Shown here: piece after piece, positions 13,430-25,319 of the stretch
How the letters are laid out: the number at the start of each line of letters is the position of its first letter
Numbering within the stretch: position 1 is the stretch's first letter
NCBI GenBank assembly: GCA_004431415.1
Contig: QPMI01000231.1
Coordinates: 1-64,000 of the forward strand
Direction: 5' to 3'
DNA from: Cyanophora paradoxa CCMP329
Taxonomy: Eukaryota; Plantae; Glaucophyta
DNA: 64,000 nucleotides
Program-made: the position numbers and the translations under genes
The notes under the pieces: generated by a model
Seen by the model: the letters and a program-made list of their open reading frames with translations, nothing else
What the model was told of the DNA's origin: nothing
Databases searched by the model: none

Positions 13430-14748
13430 TTACATAGGTGGGAACGTGGGCGGGCAGCCACGTCGCCCTGATACGAAACCCGAGATAAACACCGCAATGC
13501 ACGCCATAACGACTGCCATGAATACTGTGGGGCTCAGGGAGACCTGCAGACCAGGCCCAGAGCTGCGAAAAGGTGTTACAAAGGGCATGAGGAAATCGGG
13601 CACTGGTTTAGCATAACGCACTAGACGTTAACAGAATTTGTTGACTTTCCCTTCGAGCTTGAAGGCCCCGGAGATGCGACTGGAGCTGCTGGTTGGCCAT
13701 GGGGCATCGGCTTCGTGGTAGACCCTGCAGGTGCTGGAGTCGGATCTGTCTGGACTGAGGCATCTGCACGTTTCTCTGGCTCTGTTTGGGCCGAACATTG
13801 CACTCGAGCTGGGGGCTTTGCTGGAGGATCCGTTTGGGCCGAACATTGCACTCGAGCTGGGGGCTTTGGGGGGGGATCTGTCTGCGATGAACGATCGCTT
13901 TGCTCTGGCACGTTGTATGCTGTGACCAATGACGGCATTAGACCTCCTTCCTGTGGCAAAGTAACAATGAAGGCGGGATCATACCGGAGTAGTCAGGAAC
14001 AGGGATCGGAGGGGGGGAGGGGCTTCGCTGTGGAGAATGTACAGGCGAAAGCTGTCGCACGCTGATTCGACTCGGTGTCCTAAGTTGGTCCCATGCACTT
14101 GACGAAAATGTGAAGTTCAGCCTGAGACTCGAATGCTGGATTGCATACGGCACCTGGGGGAACGCTCGAAATTTTGCTGAGAAACCTTGAGGTCGGGGTT
14201 GTCGGGATATTCTTCCAGAAGTTCTTCAATAATCTCTTTCGATCGCTTGAAGTGCCGCAAGGCGTCGCTACGCTCGGGTTCACGAAATCCGAGTGCATTG
14301 ATCGCCGCCGCCTAATAGAAAAAAACACAATCAGCCTCCGCCGTGACGGATCGCGTAGCAGGCGTTCGAGAATACCAGCGTGGAGCGTGCAGATAAGCGG
14401 AGGGCATTGTCAATATCGTCTCCGGCCGCTTGTTCCAGCGCGGAAATGGCCGCCAAAATCCGTTCTGATCCCTCCTCCAGCATCGAGAGCTCTAGCAAGC
14501 ACTGGTGGCGCCACCGAATCGTAATCGGAAAAGCGGAAGGAGTATGCGCAGGTGCGGACCTGGCCCTGCAGCACGAGGGCGGAGGCCCGGGACCGAGCAT
14601 TCGAACCGCTTGCTTCGATCTTCGATTTTTCGATCTGCTCGAGCAACATCGCCCGCTGCGTTGCATGTTAGCTGGCCATCTCGCCATCATCGCTGTCTGG
14701 GATGCTACCCACCACCATCTCGCTGTCTGGGATGCTAATCGGCTCCAT
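13430..14748 (-). CDS. Hypothetical tail-anchored protein with xxQT[D/E] repeats
   Basis: Splice-compatible exons; a 48-bp tandem duplication (PARVQCSAQT x2, ~13784-13878); last exon encodes hydrophobic VFMAVVMACIAVFISGFVSG and a short tail ending PPTFPPM*. Confidence 0.55.
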
Positions 14749-15053
14749 GATACTCGAAAGCCGGCGCCGCGGAGCGGACGAGGCGCCGAGCGTTTCTCCA
14801 CGGGTTATGCTGGAACGCCGGCTTGCTGGAACGCGCCGGCCGCGGGGCAACTAGCTCCACGTGTTTACGAAATTGAGCTAAAGGACTTCGAATTAAGCGC
14901 AGGTTGACGCGAGCCTTCCTCGGAGTGGCTGTACCCTAAAAACTGCTGTTTGGGGTGAGAGATTCGATTCGAGCAGGAGCAGGAGCGGGAGGAGTTAAAC
15001 GCCGGCCGTCACATTCGAATCGCATTGTGTCAGAGCCAGGCGCGTTGCGGCGG

Positions 15054-17487
15054 ATGGCCCTGCTGTGTCTCACGCAGCGCGGTGCGCGACGTGGGCCGCT
15101 TGCTACGTCTAGCTCTGGCCCCGGGGAATTTACGCAGTTCAGACGCTCGAGAGGTGGAAGAGCAATGCTGGAAGCTCTGGCAGGAGCACCAGATCGGCTC
15201 GACGAAGTTCGCCTCGTACTCGGAATTCGATCAAGTGCGGCTTCTCGGCATCGTTGTGCCGTAGATCGTTAAGCTTCCTGTTTGCGTAGGCGCGCGACTT
15301 TCTTATCGCGGATGTACTGCGGGACTCGACAAGCCTCTTCGACGTCCGCATAGCTTTCGAGGTTCTATACCGGCCACTCTCGCAGGCCGTGGCCCGCTTG
15401 GAGGCGGCGCAGGCAGCGCAAGTACAAGATTTGATTGCCACGGTACGTGGGATTAGGACGGCGCACACAGCGCAAGTACATGATTTTATTTCGAAGGTGG
15501 AACTGCTAAAGGAAAGCCGTGAAAAGGCCGGTGGCGAGGCCGGGGCGCTGGAAAAATCTCTTAGAGCCATCGAAAAAATCAATTGCGAAAAGGAGCTCCT
15601 GCTAGCCCAATTGGTTCGCTGCCCCGTACAACCCTTATGCCCAAGCCAACCCCTTATGCAGAGGGAAGCACATCTCAAGAATGAAGCACTCGTGAGGCAG
15701 CTCGAGGAAGAGTTCGGATGTGTTGTTTCGAGGGGACAACCTTCAAGCCCGAGCAGTAACAGCAGCAGCAGTGAACATGATGAAAGCTTGATGAACTCCC
15801 TGCTTACGCCAGCGTCGTCATTCCGAAAACGCGTGTCTGCACTTGCAAGGTGCTGATGCATTTTCGCACTCAAAGCGCAGAAGCTCATGAAAACACTCGT
15901 AGCAAAGCGGCGAGAAAAGCAAAAACTGCAGAAGAAGATCGCCAGGGGCTTGTGGCACGGTGTGTTTCATGTGTCACTTCTTTTTTTCAACCATGATATA
16001 GTCGCAGGGTTGCTGATTTGAATGCTCGTGCGGCACTTACATGGTCATTCACATTGAGAAGATGAAGTCGTGTGCACAGATTGCGAAAATCTGGGTGATG
16101 CGCTGAGCGTACTTCGAAATGAGAACGATGAGCTGAGAGCTGCAGTTGAAAGAGCATCGAATCGTGTGGTAGATGTGATTTCTGCATTCAACACCTTGCC
16201 CGTCCTTGATCCACTGCGATTTCGCAGATGCTAGCTGAAGAGGACATGAAGCTAAAGATGGTTGAGATCTCCACGCTAAAAGAAACTTTGGAGGGACTTC
16301 GACGGGATATGGGTGTAGCCCATACTGAGGTCTGTTCACTCCAAACGCTTCGTTCCATAATGACACATGAACAGGTGGCTGAGACACGAGAGAGGCACGA
16401 AGCTATACTGAATCGCCTTAGACAATCAGAGTCCGAGCTGGCAACTCTGCGGTCCGAAAATGAAAGTCTTCGCGGGATGAGGGGTAAGACTCCTCGTTGG
16501 ATGGTCCATGCTTGCTAATTGAAGATTCCGATGAAAAATGCTCAGAGAAAGTTGTCGAACTTGAAGAGCGCATGATCATAAAGGTGCCCTACGAGCACTG
16601 AAACCGCCTCTTCCCACCTCAACCATGTTTTTTGACGAACAGATACAAGAATGCAGAGAAGCCCAACGCGAGTGCAACAACCTTCGCTGCGGTCTTGGAG
16701 AAGTGCAAAAGCTGGCAGACCAAATGAGGGTGTGTTTTCGTAATCGAGATAAGAAATCATGCTTACTTCCACCAGAATGGCGAGAGGGAAGCGCGCGAGC
16801 GGCTTCGAGAGGCGGAGCTGACATGGTGCATGCAATTGATATGATCATCCGCTTTTTCATTTACGCTGCTGCAGCTCTCGGCTCATGGGCGACATCGCGG
16901 AGAGGCGCAGGGCTGAAATGAGTTTGAAAGAGTCGTCCCAAGAAGCTCAAGTTTTGACTCAACAGCTGCCCGCCCAGCTGGAAGCTGTTGCGAAAGAAAT
17001 GGAGGATTTGCAATCCAAACTGAAGGAATCCAAGGAGCAAGGCAAGAAATGGCGGGATTCACTTGCGGTTCTTGAGCTGCGAACACGCAGACTCGAGGAT
17101 GAGGTGTTTTCATTTTTGGACAAATTTTTCCAGACATGTGATTCTGCTTTTCTACAGAATCGTGTTCTACAAGGTGAGCTGGAAAAATCAAGGAGTGAAC
17201 GCGCTGGAGCTGTTTTGGAAAGGGCCACCGAAGCTCGATTGAAGGAGGAGGAGATCCGGAATCGTGAGTAAAAACTGACCAAACTTTTTCTGATTTTGTC
17301 TGATCCCCCGATTTCAGTCAAGCTGCGAGCACAGAAAGCCTCTGTGATTGCACAGTCACGAACTCTGCAGAGAGAGGGCGATCAGCTCGCATTACGAATC
17401 AAGGAGCTTGAGATGCAGATCGCTTCTCCTGCATCAGCTGGAACGTCCCCGCTCTCAGAGCGCTCCCTGCTGAACGCCATGCGCTGA
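15054..17487 (+). CDS. Hypothetical long coiled-coil protein (multi-exon; start uncertain)
   Basis: Series of heptad-rich exons (e.g. LEAVAKEMEDLQSKLKESKEQ, ALRIKELEMQI) separated by ~50-nt GT-AG introns; TGA 17487. Confidence 0.65.
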
Positions 17488-17504
17488 ATTTTCCGATAAT
17501 TTTG

Positions 17505-17890
17505 AAGTGGGATGTACACTGCGGTGCCGTTGCAGCGGGCCCAGCCCACCGGAACTGCGGATCCGGAACTGCGTTCAGCGTAGACAGAGCTAGCTAGCTA
17601 GCTGTGAACTACGCCTGTCTGGGTTACACGTAGGAAGGTGCGGCCCTTGCCGTTGCGGGCCCGGCCGTTCCCCCCGGGACCCGTAAGGGGAGTAACGCTC
17701 CACCCCCGCACAGCCTAGGCTGCGCGCGTGTCGTGTGCAGCATTGCATCGTCGTTCTTGGGCGGTGGGAGTTCCTGCAGGCCCGGCGGGGCCGGGACCCG
17801 TCGGTAGCCTGCGGGGCCGATGCGGCGCACGCGCGGAGGGGGGTCAGATCGAAATTGAAGCGCCCTGAAATCGAAATCGAATTTCGAAGG
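17505..17890 (-). repeat. Dispersed GC-rich repeat family copy (putative non-autonomous element)
   Basis: Reverse complement shares blocks with 22360-22646 and 25320-25575. 17570-17750 is nearly identical to 29240-29420. Confidence 0.7.
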
Positions 17891-18493
17891 CACGCACTCG
17901 GGGACTCCGGGAAAGCGCGAAAGCGCGATCCCTCCCTGGTCGATTCTGCAGGGCGGCGGAAGGGTACCCTGACTCTAGTTTTACTGGTACCCTACCATGA
18001 TTACTGACTCTAACTGGTACCCCCGGCCCGCCGGGGGTTCGTCCCAGAACCCGCCGCTCCGCCCGTGGCCCCGGGGGGGAGAGGGCGCCCCCGCCCTCTC
18101 GCCTCCGCCGCCCCCGTCCTCATCGTCTTGTGTGTATGTCTCCCAAAATGTTCCAAAGCTCCATTCCAGCCAACCTTAGCTCCGCCCAGCCCCGCCTTTC
18201 GCCTTTCGCCTCCTAGACCCTCGGCTCCCTAGTAGTTGCAATTGTCAAGCGGCGAGGCTGGGGAGCTGGCGGGCTCGAGCTTGACCCTAGGCCTGGCGTC
18301 GCTTGTCAAAGGATATCTAGCTATAGACCCTAAAAAATCAACGCCGCCTCGCCGACGTCACAAAAAAATCTCTTAGAGCCATCAAAAAAAGTAATTATAT
18401 AACTTAAAGATATACAAGACCTCGATTCTCGTCTTTAAAAAATTACGATTATAATTACAACGCCTTCTGAACATCGTAACCGGAACTGAACAT

Positions 18494-18922
18494 TAGGCTT
18501 GCGGCTAGCGGGGTCGCGGGTCGGCTCGAGCCAAGCCTAGCCAGCCCGAAATTCGGCTCGAGCCGCTAGCAAGCCGGCTTGCCGCTAGCTAGCCGGCTTG
18601 CCCGGCTAGCCTCCTTCGAATTCCCCCCATTTTCAAGCTCGAGCTCCTCCCACCCTCCGCTACCCATGGCGCCGGCCGCGCCCGGTCTATAGCCCACGGG
18701 GCTTGCCGCGCCCCTCCGGCTAGCTGGCGGCTCTGATAGACTCCCGGCCAGTCGACGTCCCTCCAACCAGGCTAGCCCCCCCTGGCCAGCTAGCAAGCCG
18801 GCTAGCGTCTCGAGCTCCCCGCGCCGGCTCGCCATTCCAAAACGACGGCTCGAGCCGCCCGCCAAAGTCCGCTAGCCTAGCCGGCTTGCTAGCCAGCTGG
18901 CTAGGCTCGAGCCGCAAGCCTA
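18494..18922. mobile_element. MITE-like element with terminal inverted repeats and TA flanks
   Basis: TA-GGCTTGCGGCT (18494-18506) ... AGCCGCAAGCC-TA (18910-18922). Interior is non-coding and packed with GGCTCGAGCC/GCTAGC/GCCGGC palindromes. Confidence 0.6.
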
Positions 18923-19229
18923 ACTTTCGTCCAATTGGTACTTCCGTCCAACTTTCGTCCAACTTTAGACGACTGTAGATCTCGAGCAGCGCTGGCGCTA
19001 GCAGCTGTTCTGAACGCGAGATTATCACCCCGCGCGCCTCCAAGAGCCTCATCGCGTGACGTCGCGCTTGTGCTCGACTCGCGCTGCAAGCGACGTCAAC
19101 GCCGATCCGGCATCAGCGGCCTGTAACTGTCTTGTTGATACTCTCTCGCCGCCTCGGCTTGCGCGACCGGAATCTTGAGCGCTAGCGAGATCAGGAGATC
19201 TTGAGCGCCAGCGAGCGGCTTCGAAGCAG

Positions 19230-22192
19230 ATGGAGCATGCTGGAAAGCACGAGCCGCAGGAGGTCGGCCTGGAGAGACCCCCGTCTCCAGACCGCGTCGC
19301 AGGAGATGCACAGGCGGCGCGCTCGAGACCGTTCCCCGAACCAAAGCCTTTTCTGAAGCCGCCGGACGAGTCTGCTTCCGCAGAGGAGCGCCTTCAGTAC
19401 TACAAGCTCGTCTGCGGCTGGGGAAGCAGCGAGGACGAGGGCGATCCTCCTCGATCTTTCGAGCAGGCTGCGGGCGAACGCGAGGCGCCGGGGCAGCAGG
19501 AGGAGGTGGACGAGGAGGAGGATGAAGATGAGAGCGATGAAAACGATATTGATGAATTCGACTACGACTTTAGCGTTGCCACGCCGGGGCAAGGCGTGCC
19601 TCCTGCTCGTTTTTCCTGCGTACGTTCCGATCGCGACCTGCGCGCTGACGAGCTGAGTGCGCAGATTTGGCAAAGCGCATGAACAGCGCGCACCCGAACG
19701 CGCACCAGTCCCAGGCAGGCACCAGCCGCAGTGCAGGCGCCGTGGCAGCCAAGAAGGCTATTGCTGCCGACGCCAACGCAGCGAACCGTTTCTACAGTCG
19801 AATCCATCTCGACGCGCTTCCCCACGCACTGCATTCCACTATCAAGGAGACCTTCCGCAAGGAGGAAAACCAAAGGTGCGGGCAGTGTAGCAACAGGTGC
19901 CAGAACGACTCACAAATTGAGTTCCAGACTGCGGGTGGCAGACAAGTCGGACCGCGCCACTATAGAGCAAGTCCGCAGAACATACGTATCGCTTTGTCCG
20001 AGGCCAGCCACTCACGGCGCTCAGGTGCTTGATCCAAGGACACGCATGATCCTCTTCAAGATGCTGAACAGGCATGTCATCGAAGAGATCAATGGCTGTG
20101 TCTCCACTGGAAAGGAGGTGAGCGTAACAGACGCCATACGATGTGAATGTCTAACAGATGTTACGTGCGATTGTCCCATATGCAGGCGAATGTCTATCAC
20201 GCCGTGGACGCATCTGGGCGAGAGCTGGCTGTAAAGATATACAAGACCTCGATTCTCGTCTTTAAAGACCGAGACAAGTTCGCTTTAAATGCTCTTTGTT
20301 GAACTCTTGATGCTCAAGATTGCACAGGTATGTCAGTGGGGACTTCCGCTTTCGCCGAGGGTACTCCAAGCACAATCCACGCAAGATGGTTCTGTGCATT
20401 TACACGGTTGTCGTGTTTCTATACTGACGACATTATCGTAGGTTCGGGTCTGGGCTGAAAAAGAGACGAAAAACCTTGCTCGGCTGCAGCAGGCGCGCTC
20501 GAGGTTTCGAACTCAGTATTTTCTCTTACATTCCAGGAACCGCTAGGCTGGCGTTTTGTGCCCACAGCCGGTGATGCTCAGAAGTCATGTGCTTGTCATG
20601 ACTTTTCTCGGGCGAGATGGATGGTACGCCCAGCTTGTGGTTCAATTGTGTGAAACCGACAATTTAGAATCCAGGGCGGCTCCACGCTTGAAGGATGCAT
20701 CAATTCAGCAGGAGCAAGCGGAGCCTTTGTACCGGCAGGTCTGTTTTCGTTTCATCGACACTCGCATGTGCAGTGGCCGTCAAGTTTACGCTTCGAAATA
20801 CCAGTGCGTGGAGATGATGCGAGTGATGTTCCAACGCGCCAAGCTCGTACATGGAGACCTCAGCGAGTACAACATCCTTTACCATCGCTCTCAGGTTCAG
20901 GGGCTCGATATTCATCGAACATATTCACGACTCACATCCGAGCAGTTGTTCTTTATTGATGTCTCGCAATCAGTCGAACACGATCATCCACATGCTCTCG
21001 ATTTCCTAAGGCTCGACTGCGAGAACATAATGAACGTGCGGATCATCTTGCTTTCCTAGAGTAGACTCGGCATGCGAGCACTTTCGCTTCAGTTTTTCTC
21101 CAAGCTTGGCGTCCCCGTGATGACAACCAGAGAGCTCTTTGAGTTCGTGACCGACATCACCCTTCGTGATTCCGACATTCCCGTGTTTCTTGACCAGGTA
21201 TGCGACTGTTTTCCTCTGTCTTTTGCTTGCGCACGCTCTCTCTCTATCTATCTTTACATTCGGTGAATGACTGGACTATCTGTTGCAATCAGGCCTGTGC
21301 GAAAGCTGCTGGTCGAACTTTGACAGCCGAGGACGAGGTGGGAGTTTCACGTTCCTCAATTGGTGTGCATTTCTGAGCGGCAAGAACAGGTTAGGGAAGC
21401 TGTTTTCAAGCAGACGTACATCCCTCGCTCCCTTGAAGGCGTTGCGAACTGGGAGAGGGATCATGAAAGAGCCAAAAAGGGCGAGACAGAGGGGGTAAGC
21501 CGTGCTAGCTCCCCTTTTACTTGTTGACGACTCATGCTCGTAGTAGATTTATTATCAGAGCCTGACTGGGATGAACACGACTCTCACGGGTCCAAAACAG
21601 GTCCGCCATTTTGACTTCTTTTCATTTGCCCATCTCATTTTCCATCAGGGGCCAGAGATTCTTGGTGCTTCTGATGCATCCTCTGACGAGGGCATGGCCA
21701 AGGACCGGCAGACCCAGCACAAGAAGGGCGGAAAACATGCAAAAAAACCCGGAGCAGCTCCGGTTATTCCAACGAATGTGAAACTTGTTCGTGGCAGCAG
21801 GCGAGAGAAGATGAAGGAGAAAGCAGGGCGGAATATCGAGCAACCAGACAGCGCCAATCTACAGCAGGAGCTTTCTTCAGCTCCGGAAGCAATGGAATCT
21901 CTCCATCTCAGCAAGGGCGAAGGCGACAGTGATAGCTCTACTGAAGAGAGTGATGCGAGCTCTGGTGATGGATCCGGCAATTCGGGTGACGACACCGCTC
22001 CAGCGATTGGCACAGAGCTCTCCAAAAAGGTTTGCTGCTCTCAAGAACTTATTTACTCTACCGTGGCGCTTAAGTATTTCACAGGAAAGAAAGCAGCTTG
22101 TCAAGCAGCAGCGGAGGGAGAAACTCGCCAACAAGATACCAAAGAAGATGAAGAAGCGCAAGGAAAAGGTGGCAAAGCAACACGCAAAGTAG
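19230..22192 (+). CDS. RIO1: Serine/threonine-protein kinase RIO1 (multi-exon)
   Basis: [95 protein letters not shown], and the basic C-terminus [12 protein letters not shown]. Confidence 0.97.
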
Positions 22193-22237
22193 TTTTTATG
22201 CATTTTGCATATTGCGTGCTCTTTCCAGGCATTCAAT

Positions 22238-22355
22238 GTGACTTCAAGATTGTATTGGTGCTTGAGGTAGTCCGCAAACGATATTTCCTTTTCCTTGAAG
22301 GAGAAGCTCGAAAGTGGGCTCTTTTCAAAATCAACGCCAAGAATTTCGTAAGCGA
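22238..22355 (-). pseudogene. 118-nt copy of the PAZ-coding exon inserted downstream of RIO1
   Basis: Identical to 30471-30588 except for one substitution; same orientation. Confidence 0.9.
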
Positions 22356-22359
22356 ATTT

Positions 22360-22646
22360 CCATGTCGGGCCCCCCAGGGCCCGTAGGGGCTCCCGCCACC
22401 GCCCCGAGACGACCCCCCGCCGCCACAAGACGCGATGCAGCACCACGCCGTGCGGGCACATGCAGCTATAGCTGGCCAGAGTGTCCGCGGGGAGGCGCAT
22501 TACTCTCCTTAGGGGGCCATGCAGGGCCCGGCTGGCCGAGCGTGAGCTCGGTGGGTTGGGCCCGCGGCCGCGGCGGCCGCAGCTGCAGTGTACATTCCCA
22601 CACTTATAGCCCGGACCTGCGTTTTGAGTACGTGTCCAAATGCGAA
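22360..22646 (+). repeat. Dispersed GC-rich repeat family copy ending in GGACCTGCGTTTT(G)AGTACGTGTCCAAATGCGAA
   Basis: 3' half closely matches 25880-26009; terminal motif also occurs at 24851-24958 (x3) and, diverged, at 29870-29929. Confidence 0.8.
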
Positions 22647-22684
22647 CAGTGCGCATTCGTCCACAATGCGAACAAATGCGAATC

Positions 22685-23824
22685 TCATGCCAGGGAAGGG
22701 TCGTCCATGTTCAGCTCCTCAACACCGGCAATCTGTGGCAAATCCGCGTAAGCAGAACCAATCACTTACTAATCGGCAGATGCCTACCATATCGTCTGCA
22801 TCCCCCCCCTCGATGCCGTAAGCTGGACCCTCCGCAAGGGACTTCGGCCCCTCTGTGAGGCCGGCAGAAGCTGCCTCCGCAAGTGCATAGGACTGCGACA
22901 TAATCAGCGCCCGATTGGGGAGCTGCCTGCAAAAAATGCTCACGTCGCAGAGAGCCTCCTCTTCGAAAACGGGGACTTGGGTGTCAAGGCGGTCGAGGCT
23001 CTCCGCCGCGGCCCAGTTGGGCCCAGCATCGCCTGCCTCGCGCAACTGCGCGTACGCCGTCGGGGCATGGTAGCATACGTTCTTCTCTGGCAGCATCTCG
23101 AAATAATCCTGCACTGAATATGAGCGGCGCCCGACAGCCGATGGCAGCGGCCGGACGGACTGCCGGCTTGTCCATGGCCTCCATCCACGTCAGAATGTGG
23201 TCCTCCCACGTGAGCTCCCTAGAGCGCGTCAGCGCCGCAACACGCAAACGCGGCGCGCGGCAGACCCCTGCTCATCAAGAACCGGCCGCAACTCATGGAA
23301 ACTGTGCGCCGAAAGCTGCTCCAGCGTGCAGTCATCTCGCGCCGGCTGGCCCTGGTACGTGTAGTGCACACACATGCCTGCGGAGGCGCAGTCAAGGGCG
23401 GGCGGCGTCGAAGAAGTTTCGAACGGCGAAGTCGCTAACCCGACTTGACGGTCTTGTCGTCCTGCGTCAGCTTGCCGAAGTATCCCTTCGGCTTGTCTTC
23501 AACAGCGTTTGCTTGCAGCGACTGGCCGCCTGGGTCAGGCGCGGCAGTGCAACGCCGGTAACAGACGCGAACCTTCACTTCCCGGGTGTAGTTGTCGGCG
23601 TCAAATGCGATGTTAATCTCGTAATAGCCGGTCTTCCCGCGCGGAATCTGCGAAGGTCGGGCCCCCGAGTTCGCCGTCCGTTACGGCGCGGCACCGGCGG
23701 AGCGAAGCACCTGGCCCTTATCCGGCGTGCAGTCCGCGCGGGATATATCATCCCGGCCGGGGCCGAAGTCACGCAGTTTGCGCTCCGAGTGCCCGCGCGG
23801 CGCGTCGTCGTCGCCCCACGGCAT
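22685..23824 (-). CDS. Hypothetical protein (multi-exon)
   Basis: ATG 23824 MPWGDDDAPRG; exons YYEINIAFDADNYTREVK, WEDHILTWMEAMDKPA, DYFEMLPEKNVCYHAP joined by ~50-nt introns; TGA 22685. No family recognised. Confidence 0.55.
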
Positions 23825-24035
23825 GGCGGCTGAAACGGCTGAAGCGGGCGAACTGCGAACAAGCGGCTCAAACGCAACTGCTTTGTTTTTTCAACGCCGC
23901 CACGCTTCTGGGCGCGTGTACCCCAAGAGGTCCGTAATACTTCGTATCCCTGAAAACAACGGTGTTGCGGTGCCCAGCGCTTCTCTCTCACACATACTCT
24001 CTCTCTCCTCAGACTAGCGCAGCGCGCACAGTTAG

Positions 24036-24650
24036 CCGAGCTTAGCTCGCAGTGGTGGTGCCACGGAGCCGCGAAGTAGCCGCGGCGAGACGGCGAGCCC
24101 GAGGAGCAATGGCGACTTCCGCCAGCGTGTCAGGAGGGCCGACGCGAGGCTCGTACGGACGACGCGAGAGCTTAGGGCCCTCGAGAGGAAGCTGCGGGAC
24201 GCGAACGGCGCGCCCTTGAGCTCCCGTAGCCTCGTTCGGCGGTCCTCCATCGATGCCATCCTGCAAAAGAGTAAGGCGGATTTGGCGGCACTCTCCGCGT
24301 CGTGGTGTCTTCCCCAAACCACTTCAGAGGACTTCTGCCCCAAACCATCCATCGGCCGGGCGTTGGTCCGGACGGAGGCTTCTCTCGCGGCCTTGGCAGC
24401 AGATGTACACCGAGCTGCGCATTTGCTCAGCCTGCTATCACCGAAGATGAGCAAGACGAGGAGGTCGTCCCGCCTGGAACAACCTGAAGCGGCGGTCGGT
24501 TCGCCAGTAAAGACACGAGCCAGCCTGCATGCAAGCCAAGAGTCATCTGGGAGAAGATCGTCCCGAAAATCGAAAGCGCCAGTCAAACTTGCACAGCGGA
24601 AGCCACTGGGGAATTTGACAAACCAGATGGTCCGTGTAGCCCGGGCGTAG
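24036..24650 (+). CDS. Hypothetical small helical protein with C-terminal D-box-like motif (5' end uncertain)
   Basis: Open frame after a TTAG acceptor; helical RELRALERKLRD segment; RKPLGNLTN near the C-terminus. Confidence 0.4.
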   Translation, partial: PSLARSGGATEPRSSRGETASPRSNGDFRQRVRRADARLVRTTRELRALERKLRDANGAPLSSRSLVRRSSIDAILQKSKADLAALSASWCLPQTTSEDFCPKPSIGRALVRTEASLAALAADVHRAAHLLSLLSPKMSKTRRSSRLEQPEAAVGSPVKTRASLHASQESSGRRSSRKSKAPVKLAQRKPLGNLTNQMVRVARA

Positions 24651-24682
24651 ATCAGATGCAGCTAGCTAGCCACAAGCGTCTT

Positions 24683-24958
24683 GATCTGCGATTACGATCG
24701 TAATTACTAGCTTTGATCTGCGATTACGATTGGGGCGTCCTTAATCTAGATCTGCGATTACGATCGTAATTACTAGCTTTGATCTGCGATTACGATTGGG
24801 GCGTCCTTGTTCTAGATCTGAAAACGATTCCAACGTTAACTTGGTCTAGTACCTGCGTTTTAGTACGTGTCCAAATGCGAAACCGTATCCAAACGACCTG
24901 CGTTTTAGTACGTGTCCAAATGCGCCCGGACCTGCGTTTTAGTACGTGTCCAAATGCG
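24683..24958 (+). repeat. Composite tandem repeats: 2 x 66 bp plus 3 x 29 bp
   Basis: 66-bp unit starts at 24683 and 24749 and contains the palindrome ATTACGATCGTAAT. ACCTGCGTTTTAGTACGTGTCCAAATGCG starts at 24851, 24896 and 24930. Confidence 0.9.
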
Positions 24959-25319
24959 AAACCGTGAGGCCATGTCATGCAAATTTCGGCAATCGAGTCA
25001 CTGAATCTCTTGAGCACTAGAATTCCCTGTCATGGAGCTTGACTCGGTGAGGCGCCAATAATGGACTGCATACTACTGCTGCGCTATATGTATACGTATA
25101 CGCGTACGCAAGCACTTTAAGCGCCTTTAAGCACTCTAGCGCTGTTCCAAATTAGTGCTTACCAATTAGTGATTTCGAATCAAAATAATCTAATATTCTG
25201 AGTTGCCAATTGCGCACTGCGGCACCAGCCTGCAGCTGGCAGCCCACTTCGATGTAATTGGAGCCCTTCCCAAGTTGGAGTCCTTATAATTATAATTAAA
25301 GCTTCACCAAGTTGCCAAG

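Noticed and set aside
21877-22656. 259-aa ORF with CMCPHGVV, reminiscent of a KDZ transposase motif
   Set aside because: Chimera of repeat, captured PAZ exon and RIO1 antisense sequence; the motif is not kept in other repeat copies.
24851-24958. Three 29-bp direct repeats as a CRISPR array
   Set aside because: Spacers are only 16 and 5 nt, there are no cas genes, the context is eukaryotic, and the unit is the end of a dispersed repeat.
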